Assembly (NCBI RefSeq): GCF_006345805.1
Contig: NC_042999.1
Coordinates: forward strand, 81,530,001 to 81,594,000
Origin: Octopus sinensis
Taxonomy: Eukaryota
Direction of reading: 5' to 3'
Length of the DNA: 64,000 bases
Position 1 is the stretch's first letter. Each line of letters opens with the position of its first letter. Below are positions 37,636 to 48,789 of the stretch, in pieces. Position numbers and translations under genes: made by a program. Under the pieces are notes generated by a model. The model was given only the letters and a program-made list of their open reading frames with translations. It was not told the DNA's origin and did no database searches.

Positions 37636-37835
37636 AGGATCATTAAAACATCGGAGAAAATGTTCAGCAGTATTTCGTTCATCATTACATTCTGTGTTCA
37701 AATGCCACAGAGGTCGACTCTACCTTTCATCACTTTCGTGCTCGATAAAATAAGTAGCGCCTGAACTACTAGTGTTGATATAATCGATTTACCCTATCCC
37801 TAAAACTTCTGGCATTGTGCCAAAATTTGATATAT
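37636..37835 (+). mobile_element. Older, headless SINE family B copy with TGTGCCAAAATTTGA tail
   Basis: AGGATCATTAAAACATCGG corresponds to AGAATCGTTAGCACGCCGG; strongly diverged body. Confidence 0.65.
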
Positions 37836-38288
37836 AATGAATAGATATAAATTTTATATATAAGGAATAGAGGCTTGGCGAAATCAAGAATGCGTTTGGA
37901 AAATGCATCGCAGAAACTAATTACATCCTCAAAACCAAATCCAAACGAAGTAGATATATTTGTTATCATTCTGGTGTGTAAATACTTCTGATCGATAGCT
38001 TAAGTATTCGTCAATTTCACTGACTTCGGCCTCCCTAAATTTACTACTTTGACTCAAAGAAACCAGCCTTCTTCTTCTTCTTCTTCTAATCTTTACAATG
38101 TCGGCTAAAATGCCTCAGGGTTATTTTTCAGGCATCGATAAAATAAAATACCAGCAGCCATGTACTAGGGCGATGATATCTTTTGCCTTCGAATCTACTA
38201 GCCTCCTTCCTAAATCAGCAACGGTTATTGAAGCTGTTTTTGTTGTTGTGCTTTTGTTTCTTGTTGTAATGCTATTGTCTTTATTGTT

Positions 38289-38420
38289 AGGCCGCGAGCT
38301 TGCGCAACTATTAGAGGACTGGGGAAATGCTTTGCAGTTTTTCTCCCGAATCACTATATTCAGAGTTCAAATTCCAATGGAAGCAAATTTGTCTTTCAGC
38401 CCATCAGACTAGGTACCAAT
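38289..38420 (+). mobile_element. Degenerate SINE family B 5' part
   Basis: AGGCCGCGAGCTTGCGCAA...CAGAGTTCAAATTCC. Confidence 0.45.
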
Positions 38421-38508
38421 ACGTATTGCGGTTGGTGTTCATAAAATGCACAAAATAAATCTTGGTCGTAGTCGGCGACCTAGACAGTCTTCATATTATT
38501 ATTATTAT

Positions 38509-40811
38509 CATTAGTCAGTAGTCTTACTTTTATCACGTGCTTTCATTGCACTGCCGTGCACAGCTCTGTTTGACTTGGGTATGTGCTGTTTTTTGTGGTG
38601 CTCTTATTTTCATTGTATTGAAAGTGTTTTACGTAGGATGTGTGTAGTTCCTAGTAGTGCATATTTTTGTATGATATATATTCTTGTGGGTCTTGATTTT
38701 TTTTGTTATGCATTTGTCTGAATATTTTTTATCATATCTAATGCGTCTATTATGATAGGAATTGTTCCTGTTTTTAGGCTCCACATTCGAGTTACCTCCA
38801 TTTCCAGAACTTTACCGTTTGAAAGTTTCTCCGGTTCTTTTGAAGAAACATTATCATCTCTTGGTATTGATAAATGGATTAGAATACATTTTTTACTTGG
38901 TGATCTCTGACAACTATATCTGGCATGCTGACCTGAATTTTCCTCTCTATCTGTGTGTATTGGAATATCCCAGAGTAAGGTTGCCTTCTAATTTTCTGCG
39001 ATCTTTCCCTAGCATGTGAATAAGCCATCTTCTTTCTATTGTTATTCCATAGTGGTGGCATAACTTCCAGTGTATATAGGTCCCAGCTCTATCATGACTG
39101 TGAATATATTCCGTCTTAGCCTGAACTGGGCGGCCATAGATAATATGATTTATTGCTTCTTCTTCATCACCTCATATTCTGCAGTTACTTGTATTTCTTT
39201 TCAGTACATGTTTTTGGTGATTACTAGTGACAAGGCTTTGATCTTGTGCTGCAATTAAACATCTTTCAGTCTCTGCTTTGAGTCCTGAGCTCCTCAGCCA
39301 TGGTTGGGTTTTTGCTTGTCTATTTCTTTTCTGTTTAGCATAACCCAATATTTGCCATGAAGGGGCTTTTCTTGCAATCGTTTTATCACGATCCTTTTCA
39401 GTTCCAGTTTTAATCTGGATTTCAGTTGTTTTATAGCTTTTGCTGTTTCTTCTTTTTCTTCATATTTGTTAGGTAGTATGATTTCTTGTTTATATTTGTC
39501 AGCTTCCTTAAAGACTGAAAACATTTCTTTAATTTTGTTCTTGATATGTGGTTATTTGTATTAGTTTTCCTTGCTTCTGAAGTGGGTATTTCGGTAGTCG
39601 CATGGTGGTTATTTTGTAATAGTTTTCTAGGTATATAAGGCTTACCACATTCGATACATTGTATATATAGCCTTTCTATTTCAGATTTTTGGTTGTGCAT
39701 CCTAAATCCTGTCATTATTTCTCTTGTTTTCCAGTTTATTTTGATTAGTTCATTTAGAGTCCAATTAAGAATGTTGTAGCTGTAATTTATAATTGTGACG
39801 TCTAGTATCGATACCTATTATCTTGTTTTTTTGGGTTTTTTTTTAATTGAGCTCTGTTTTCAGTATTGATATAAATCTGCTATTGTATTCCTTTTTTATT
39901 TTTTCTCTTATTTGTGTTTTTTGCATCGAATCTAGTTGATTGATTCAATATTTGTATGTCTGCCTTTGGTCTAATTCATTTATTTCATTTGCTTTATCTA
40001 GTATGATGTTACTGCATTTACCTAGTTTTCCTCTTATCTAGGTTGCTTTGGCACATTTTTCTAAACCATATTTCAAGTTTATTTCTTTGGTAAATCCATG
40101 ATTCCTAAGTATTTGTATGTCTGGCTTTGGTCTAATTATCTTATTTCATTTGCTTTATCTTGGTCATACTTAGATACTTCTTCTTTCTGCGGCTGTGTTC
40201 ATTTATGTCGTTATTGATCAGTAGCTGATCCCTACGGCCGTATGTGCATACCCTGCAGTATCCCTTCTGCACTTCTGGAAACAGGTTCTCTTCTTCTAGT
40301 TGTTTGCCCATTCGATATTATCGCAGTAAAGGCTTTGTAAATTGTAGGGAGACAAGTTATTGGTGTGTAATTTTGTGGGTTTGCCGTTTTGACGGATTTT
40401 GGAATTAGGATAATTTTCCTTTCCGTGAGCCATTCAGACATTGTCTCTGGCACAGCAGGTATGCCATTACATTTCTCAGCCAGCTTTTTGTGTTTTCCGG
40501 TCAAATATTTTTTATGAGAAGTTGAGGATCTTATCGTACCCAGGTGCCTTCCTATTGTTTAGTTTTTGCAGTGCCTGGGTGACCTCTTAAGTTGTTATGG
40601 TGGTCCAGAGATGCTCAGGGGATGAGTTCGTTGTTTTGATAGACCATATTTCTTTCCAAAATTCTTCCACTTCTTCTGCTGTTGGTGCTACATTGATGTC
40701 TATCTTATTTTTACCAAGTTCTTGGTAGAATCTTTTGTGTTTCGAGCTGAACTGTTTGTTTTGTTCAAAGAAACGTTGGTGTTTCTCATACCGGCAAATT
40801 CTTAGTGCTTC
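38509..40811 (-). mobile_element. R4/Dong-type LINE, 5'-truncated and internally rearranged (RT, zinc knuckle region, REL endonuclease, 3' UTR)
   Basis: Piecewise translation: KRFYQELG..EVEEFWKEIW; EWLTERKIILIPK..NYTPITCLPTIYK; QKG..RDQLLIN; YGLEKCAKAT; QTYKYLG; EKPLHGKY; HDRAGTYIHWKLCHHY; LLGTTHILRKTLSIQ* (stop 38610-38612). (TAA)n arrays lie at both ends. Confidence 0.9.
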
Positions 40812-40907
40812 ATTATTATTATTATTACTGTTATTATTATTATTAGTAGTAGTAGTAGTAATAGTAGTAGTAGTAGTAGTAGTAGCAGCAGCAGCAGCAG
40901 CAGCATT

Positions 40908-40942
<35 letters not shown>

Positions 40943-40965
40943 TAGTAGTAGCAGCAGCAGCAGCA
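40812..40965. repeat. Compound (TTA)n/(TAG)n/(CAG)n microsatellite
   Basis: Directly visible. Confidence 0.95.
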
Positions 40966-41333
40966 GAATTGTTGTTGTCTCTGCGTTATGGATCTGCAAT
41001 TTTAAACTTTTGTCGCGTATGTTTTCCATTTTAATGATGTTCTTTTCGAATTTTGCTGCCTAGATTTTCGCTGCTGCAGGTGTGCAGGCAAATTCCGTTG
41101 TTTATTGTGGCTTAGGGGGCTAAATTACCTCTTGTATAATTTTGGCTTTGAAAAGATAATAAATCTTTAAACATGGCGGCAATTTTGACAGCCAGTCTGC
41201 AGAAAAAAAATTAAAAAATTGAAATTTGAAAATAATATTTGTAACCTAAATTTTTCCCTTCAGTGAAACTTCTCCCATATGAATTTACAGTTGAGGAGAG
41301 AGTGAAAATTGATGTTTGACAAGCTTTTTTCTG

Positions 41334-41335
<2 letters not shown>

Positions 41336-41387
<52 letters not shown>
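41336..41387. repeat. (TTA)n microsatellite
   Basis: Directly visible. Confidence 0.95.
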
Positions 41388-41389
<2 letters not shown>

Positions 41390-42689
41390 GCAGTAGCAGA
41401 AAAAAGCCTGTCAAACGTCAACGCATCAAGCAACAACAACATCAATGACATTCAAACTCCACAGCAAAATCGTTGTGATTGAACATGCAAAATATTAAAA
41501 ACGAGAGTAAAAGGGGCATGTGAAGACACTATTATCATCAACAAATTAACTTTAAAAAACAGCAGCCATCCGTTTCAAAATGAACAAATCAATAAAACAG
41601 CAATCATTTGTAGCAGCTGTAACTCAACTACTACCACACCATTAGCGAATACAACACTCTTTATCCTACCCGCTACCACTGTCATACACGCAAACACCAA
41701 AGCAGCAATGTCTTCTATCCAAATGTAGACAAGAAGGCAAGGTAAACTACATGCTGAAACACGAAAATTGTATGACTGAGATTAATCTGTTTCTTATCTA
41801 GTATCAGAATTAAAGAAGACTTTCACAAATATGTGCTTTAACGAAAAGAAATTGATAATCTGGAGGTGCTGATAGCTCTCCCAGTTAGATTATAAACAGG
41901 AAATAAAAACTCAACATAGTAGGCGAGAAAGCAAAAATATGTTGTATAGTAGAAGATATGTGTCTCACCGTAGAGAATACTAGTGACACACGTCTCTCTT
42001 ACAAATATGTAATATTGTTGATGTACCTGAGAAAAAATCTGCTATGAACTGATGCTGTATAATATAGTAATAGCAGGTAGCAGAGGCTAAAAAATATTCT
42101 AGAGCAAAATATAGAGTTGCGGATGCTGCCGACATTACAGAACATTGCGAGGAACTCATATCTAATTTATGTGGCGGAAGGGGATCCAGTGAGATTTGTG
42201 GGTAAGATCAAGAGCGCTCTACGCGACTCACGCGGAAGCTTTACTCACTAGAAGAGTCACTGTCCCGGGCAGAATTGTTAGGCACCTAATTGACTTTAAG
42301 ACCATGGCCAGAAATTCATTTTAGGAGATACATTGTGAACTGCAACAGCCATAAGAGCATCAGGACGAAAAGTAAGTGAAGCCAAAATATACAAAGTAAA
42401 AACCATGATATCGAAAGAGGTTGAGAGGTTCGAAGCAAAATCATCAAAATGAGTGTTCGGACACCTAGAACAAGTTTAAATTAACATACATGAAACAAGC
42501 ACACGATAGCTCAACATGCCCTGTCCCAGAAACAATTCTCATTAAAACGAGGATATCTCATCTAGGTCGTCCCATAGGATGCTCCTTTTAGGGGTTTCGG
42601 TTGCGCATACTATAGGAGTCATAGGACGCTGTTCCATATGCTCCTGCAGTTTCCATCTAACTAGGAATATTAGGGTCTCATCCATCGTT

Positions 42690-42935
42690 TTGTATTGAAG
42701 ATCTTCTGCATGGCATCCTGCTAATTCGAAGCCAGGAATCTGATCTTGTAGTTCCTGCCGATAAGTTAATCCACGCTCTGCTGCCGACGCTTCGATTTAT
42801 TGTCGTTAATGTTTTGTCTGTCTCCTAACCTTCGACCTGTCTGGCCTCGTAAGACCTGCCTGAAGATTTCTCTCCCTCCATCATAGCTCCCCGGGTCAAT
42901 GGAGCACACAGGCACTTCACCGCGACAAGGTACTT
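42690..42935 (-). mobile_element. Possible RTE/Expander-type LINE 5' UTR fragment
   Basis: ACCTTCGACCTGTCTGG...CATAGCTCCCCGGGTCAATGGAGCACAC...CACCGCGACAAGGT resembles the antisense 5' UTR motif of RTE-clade elements as I recall it. No endonuclease ORF was recovered. Confidence 0.3.
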
Positions 42936-43584
42936 GTTGAATTGCCCATTGACTACACAGTAGTTCTTCCGCCCTTTGACGGGTCTTATTTTTCGTCCTG
43001 CCGGGTGTCCAACAATTACCCTCCTCGCCAAGCAAGCTTGATTGGGTTGCCATTTTAGTCACAATTAACACGACCATGTGACAAGTTGTACTGGATTACA
43101 TGTTACCAGTAGCGCTCAAGAGCGATCTGACCATAAAACTAGGATAGCATTCCATATTCGATGAAAATAAGAAACAAATGTAGTATTGTCTACCACTTAA
43201 TTATACAAATATAGATAAATGTACGGAAAGAAAACACTCATATACCGGGCATTTCTCTGAACAAATATCATAGGAAGTTTAGCTTCACAACAACCAGAGT
43301 TGTAAACACACGCACACACATACACGAATCCCGACCACGATAAATTTCCGAATGCCAAATACGTTTTGTAAATAAAAACAAAATTTAGAAGATGTTAACT
43401 TAAGGAAGTGCAAGAACATTGAAATGTGAGTGGAAGTATTTTACGCGTCTAGATGAGTTTTCTTATACTTATTTACTAGCTAACTGAAAAAGAATTTATA
43501 TATCGCATGAAGCTTAGGTACTTAGATAAGTTTCGGCAGGAATTGGCCCAAGCCATGTCTAATTTAATAGCGTCAACTGGAAGA

Positions 43585-43960
43585 GATACACAGTCAGATC
43601 TTGGGCATCATAGCCCATTCGAGCAGAAAGTTATTGTTTTCAGAGACATATCCGGGTGTGAATGGTGTCTGGTAATTGTCGGAGGTAATCATCTAAGAGC
43701 CGTTTGAATGCCGTGGAATAATTTTCATCCTTTATGTGGGCTGGCACGATGTTGTAGAGAACAGGGTCAGTTGAGATGAAAGAGTTCTGCAGTAGTGCGG
43801 TGATACGACATGAGCATTATTGCTGTAGTGAACGGATGGCACGGGCGCCAAGCCTTGGATGAATTTTAAAGATGATACCTATATCATTTGGGCAATGTTG
43901 ATAGAATATTTTATCAGCATACATATGATATAGCGGTCACAGCGGCGCTGGATACAGGAA
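43585..43960 (-). mobile_element. CR1-like LINE 3' end remnant
   Basis: HCPNDIGIIFKIHPRLG..LQNSFISTDPVLYNIVPAHIK...FKRLLDDYLRQLPD matches the NSF...GP.LFN.LP...FK..LD.FL..IPD C-terminus. Confidence 0.65.
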
Positions 43961-44655
43961 AATTATTACACCTCACTCATACAGACAAATCTCCCTGTTT
44001 CTATCTACCCTTGAATAGCTTATTTGTTCTAGAGTCTGGTGTAAGTGACATCTTTCAAATAACATTTTCCGACTAACATAATCGTACGAAAAGGAAAGGA
44101 AGTATTAAGTAGAAAAGAAATCCTGTCATATTTTCCATGATCAACTTGAGGAACCTGTTTCAATATATAAGTTGAAATAACCATTAATTTTGCCATTCAG
44201 ATATGTTTGTCCTTCGTTGCAGATTAATTTATACCGTACTGGTTAAATTCGTATCGACTTTCTCTTTTTAAAATTAGTTTGAATGAGACCCATATCAGGC
44301 ATTGCATGCTGTGTAAATTCAAAAGGGTCTCTTCAACAGTAAAATACTGTAAGCAGTAAAATATATACCTTTAAAGAAAAACACGCTTTAAGTGTCCGGA
44401 CAAGTCAATGATGGTACGGTCACTTCTGCATGGAAATGTATTCTTTCGAGTTGGAAAATAAGATACTGAAAACCGTATTTGTAAAGAACCCAAAGCACGA
44501 GAATTAGCCAATCAATTCAATTTAATTCACGCTTAGCTTTAAACATCTTCATGAATATGGAACAATTTCTTAGCTAGGTCAGTATACTCCTAGTTATATG
44601 ATTGCATCTCAGTATTATCAAAGTCTTGTCTACCGCTAGTCTTCCAAGAATAAGC

Positions 44656-45238
44656 TTGCTTGGATAGAATCAACGCAAATGATGAAAAATTGGTTCTCTA
44701 TGATCGTATCCAACGAAAACAACAATGCATCACACCCAATGAAAATGTAGAATCCATCCCCAAGGCAGTATTACACCTCCAAAACTCTTTGTATTTGGGT
44801 TGTAAATGAAGGGTATCATCTGTCATGAAGTATTAAATCAAAACGAAACAATTGACGCTGTGATGAATTGTTATCAGTTGGAAACATTGCACAAAAGTTT
44901 GCAGAAAAGGGCCAATCGTTTGTCAGTCATCCAGGCGTGTTTCTCTTAATGCAAGGCCATATACTGCCCCAGTCAACCAGGAAAAGATTGTGGCAGTAAA
45001 TGTAAAATTTTTGCTTCACCGTCTTTACCTTCCTGCTCTTGCTTCTTTTTAATATCATCTTTTCAGGTCTTTCCAACATTATTTAGAGTATGAACGAATC
45101 CTTAATTGTGAAGTGTTTAAAGATGTTAGGTGTTCCTTAGCTTTGAAATCTGAATAAGTTCAAACCAGAAGAATCAGCAATTTACCCAGTAGGTAGGATT
45201 ATGTTAACTATAATGAGGCGAAATATTATATTGAATAA
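44656..45238 (+). pseudogene. mariner (DD34D-type) transposase catalytic-domain remnant
   Basis: LDRINANDEKLVLYD..KGIICHEVLNQNETIDA..NARPYTA..YHLFRSFQHYL..NLPSR*..KYYIE*, corresponding to IVTGDEKW / HDNARPH / YHLFRSLQ. Confidence 0.8.
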
Positions 45239-46198
45239 ATATATCAAGACACTCCACCTGAATTACGTCAGAAATTTCTTTTCAACTGCATTTAAGCGTA
45301 CACATATGTGGGTGTCGAGTGGGAGATAAAGAATCCCTTCAACAGAAGGTAATACGGATTCCATAAATGTGAGCAGATATTTTGGGTCTCATGGTTTCGC
45401 ACCTAAATAGGAGCCGTTCGCATTTCTTAGGGTGTTTCACGTTGTAAGATAGCAGTATATTTTGTAAATGTTGGATCTCGCGGTAGAACAATCTTTCTAG
45501 ATCATGTGATAACTCTTTGGGGTTGAATATGGTTAGGAAAACATTGTTGACTTCAGGCTGATGTCCGTTTATGCCGGGTTCCTCAAGCGTGTGGAAACAT
45601 TATCCCTTTAATGCAAGCCGGATAAAAAGATGGCCCGTCAGTGTGACCCGACTCACTGTCACTCGCTGCTAGGTTAGGTGGAAGTAGAAAGCCTCTGAAA
45701 TCTGCACAGAAGATCCCTCCAATATAAAAGGGAGATAATCATTTCTGAATCGTCAGGCAGAAGACAAGCGCGTATATCAATTCTGTCGCATATTACAGCC
45801 TAATCCGTTGTCATTTCCGGTGAAGAAGTTTTGACCGTCGTGGTGGACGATATGCACACATGCATTAATGCATTGTTACCTATAAGGATTTCTTCAGGGT
45901 GAGCCAATTTGTTATTATTTGTCAGACATATTTTTCCACAACTCATCTCTTTGCTTGATTCAAGCAAAACCAAAACTGGGAGTCTAGTACCGGGGGCATT
46001 AAAAATCACTCTGAATTTTATGGCAATCGAATAATCTGATCACTACACATTGTTGAGTGGTATTCTATAGAAGGTGTCTAATGTTGATAATCGATTATAT
46101 TATCCGAACGTGCTTTTGCGTCGATGAACACATACGTTGTTTCTCGAAAGTTCCGTCTGTTTCCTCGATCATCTCAAAATCTACGGGAACTTTGTCTT

Positions 46199-46330
46199 GC
46201 GTGAAAACCCGTGCTAAAACTGCTGCCTTGGATATTCTTACTGATAAATGGCAAGAAAAAACCCTCAATGGCAAATGCCCAAAGAGAGCGAATAATGCCG
46301 ATGTTGACAAAACCCTTACCCACCAATATT
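46199..46330 (+). mobile_element. Short R4/Dong-type LINE fragment
   Basis: KTRAKTAALDILTDKWQEKTLNGKCPKRANNADVDKTLTHQ; near-identical blocks at 47879-47970. Confidence 0.7.
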
Positions 46331-46382
46331 ATTTGTACTATTACAATAATTTGACCATGAATTATCCACAAAAAAGAATATG

Positions 46383-46495
46383 ATAGCCAAGTGGTAATGG
46401 ATTTGCACCCTTGAATCTAAATCATGCGTTAGATATCCGAACCGGGTGGCGTGTTGTACTTTTGATCAAAACACTTCATTTCACGTTGCTCTGAT
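46383..46495 (+). mobile_element. Degenerate tRNA-SINE head (family C-like)
   Basis: TAGCCAAGTGGT A-box-like motif followed by GTGTTGTAC.TTTGATCAAAACACTTCATTTCACGTTGCTC. Confidence 0.35.
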
Positions 46496-47448
46496 GCTGT
46501 GTGGGAATTGGCATGCGTGTCACAAAGAGGACTAAAAGTGATTGAGACATAATTTGCACTCCGACCTCGTAAAAGCATAGTCATCAACCACTGCCCAGAA
46601 CAAACTCATGATTTTGTGGGCTGTGGTCTGATTGGTACAAAGGTGTCATTTCCCGGGAGCAGGGTGCCACCAACAAATGTTGGATGATGCGACGGACTGT
46701 TACAGCTCATGTCCCCATACTAGTACTACTGCTACTACTACTACTTACTACTACTACTACTACTACTATGATAGTAAAGTCGAAATATATATCATGCTGA
46801 AACTTACCTTGTTATTTCAGCCTGGTTGAAAATCTTCCACGTCCTGACAATCATCAGTCGAGTTATTAGTGTTTTTCATGTATTGTATTCTTACCCTCAA
46901 TTTTTCGATAGCTGGGCCATCTGGATTACATATGCAAGCCACATGCGTACAATACTGTTAAATGAGTACAAATAAATAATTTGGTAAATTGCTAAGATGA
47001 TCTCTCAAAATACTTATAATTGCAACGATAACAATGAATTTGCGCTCTGGTATCAGTTGGACATATCACCCGTGCAAATTCCATTAATTTGATCTCGTTA
47101 GTGTGCAGATGATTTAGCATAAAGCAGAGAAGAAAACACAATGCGACTTTCTGGAGACCCGACCACTTCAGCCTTCAATTTACGCGGAAATGTATATAAC
47201 TGTGTAAACAAAGATAAAGAAAAACAATGTAATCGTGCAAGAAATTACAATCCATGAAGATATGGCGAAGGATAACAAAAGGAAAATTAGAATATTCCTG
47301 AAAAACTGTACATATTTCTTACATGATAAGAAGGGAAATAGATTATTAGATTCATTGATCATACAGTCAAATTGACGCCTTGATATAACTGAGGCAATTT
47401 CGGATAAAATTATCATACATGTAGGTTTTGGGAAATGTCACATTTAGA

Positions 47449-47483
<35 letters not shown>

Positions 47484-47510
47484 GTCCTACTACTACTGCT
47501 GCTGCTGCTG

Positions 47511-47599
<89 letters not shown>
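47449..47599. repeat. Compound (TAC)n/(CTG)n/(TAA)n microsatellite
   Basis: Directly visible. Confidence 0.95.
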
Positions 47600-47601
<2 letters not shown>

Positions 47602-48650
47602 GAAAATTATCGACAATGCATAGATTTTACCTGCCAAGAAAACAGTGTCTGTTGATTTTACAGCTGGAATTAACAAATGAATATTGCCACAATTGGCCTA
47701 AACACCTAGCTGAAAAACTCTAATGACTGGTTGTTAAAACTTGCTTTAAAACATGAAAATAAGAAAACATCATACTCAGTAAAAATGAAGGTAAATAAGA
47801 AATATCTAAGTGCATTTCAAATACAACGAATCCCAGAGTTAGATGTACTGCAAACAAGCACAGAAAAAGCGAAGCATACGAAAACCCGTGCTAAAACTTC
47901 TGCCTTGGATGTTGGTAAATGCCCAAAGATAGCGAATAATACCGATGTCGACAAAGCCCGTACCCATCAATATTTAGTGTCTTCTGGTTTAAAATCAGAG
48001 ACAGAGGGGTTTATCATAGCAGCTCAAGAAGCTACCAGGCCAACATCTTAACGAACGGCAGTAGCCTAACATGACGTGTAAGTAGACAAACAATGAAACG
48101 ATCGATCATGTCTTCATGTGCACTCTTCTTGCGCCTAAAGTGTATCTACAGGCATGATAGAGCAGTACACTGGGTAATTTGGAAAGACTTCGACCTGTCA
48201 CACAATAGAAACTGGTGGGAATACAAATCACCACTATTGCTTGAAAATGATCACATCTCACTCCTGTGGAACTTCACCGTTCAAAATGACAGAAAGATAA
48301 ATGCGAATAGGTCAGACATGGTATTGAAAGACTCCAGACAAAAATCAGGCACCATCATCGATATGGCTATCCCAACAGACATAAATGTATTTGTCAAGAC
48401 GTACAGAAACTGAGTAAGTATGAAGATTTTCCAATAGAAATTGGCTAAATGTGGAACCTCAAGACTAAAACAGTACCTGTTGTCATAGGTGCCCTCGGAA
48501 TGATAGCAAGAGGGATTGGTTTCTACCTAGCTCAGATACCAGGAAATCCCCAAATGGAAGAAATTCAAAAAATAATGCTCATGGGAGGCGCACATATCCT
48601 ACGTAAATTATTATGTAATTCCCACCAAAATACGTTTAAATGTACATAAC
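47600..48650 (+). mobile_element. R4/Dong-type LINE, 5'-truncated 3' portion
   Basis: SSGLKSETEGFIIAAQ; HDRAVHWVIWKDF..LLWNFTVQNDRKINANRSDMVLKD..IIDMAIPTD; MWNLKTKTVPVVIGALGMI..EIQKIMLMGGAHILRKLL. Confidence 0.88.
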
Positions 48651-48789
48651 AGCAATCACCTCTTACTATCATCATAACATCAGGCTTTCATCATATACTC
48701 AAATTACTTTTAAAACAAACTTTTAATTTACCTATGATTTGACAGACATTCACAAGAATAATACATTATAACTATGAGGCTTTTCAAAC

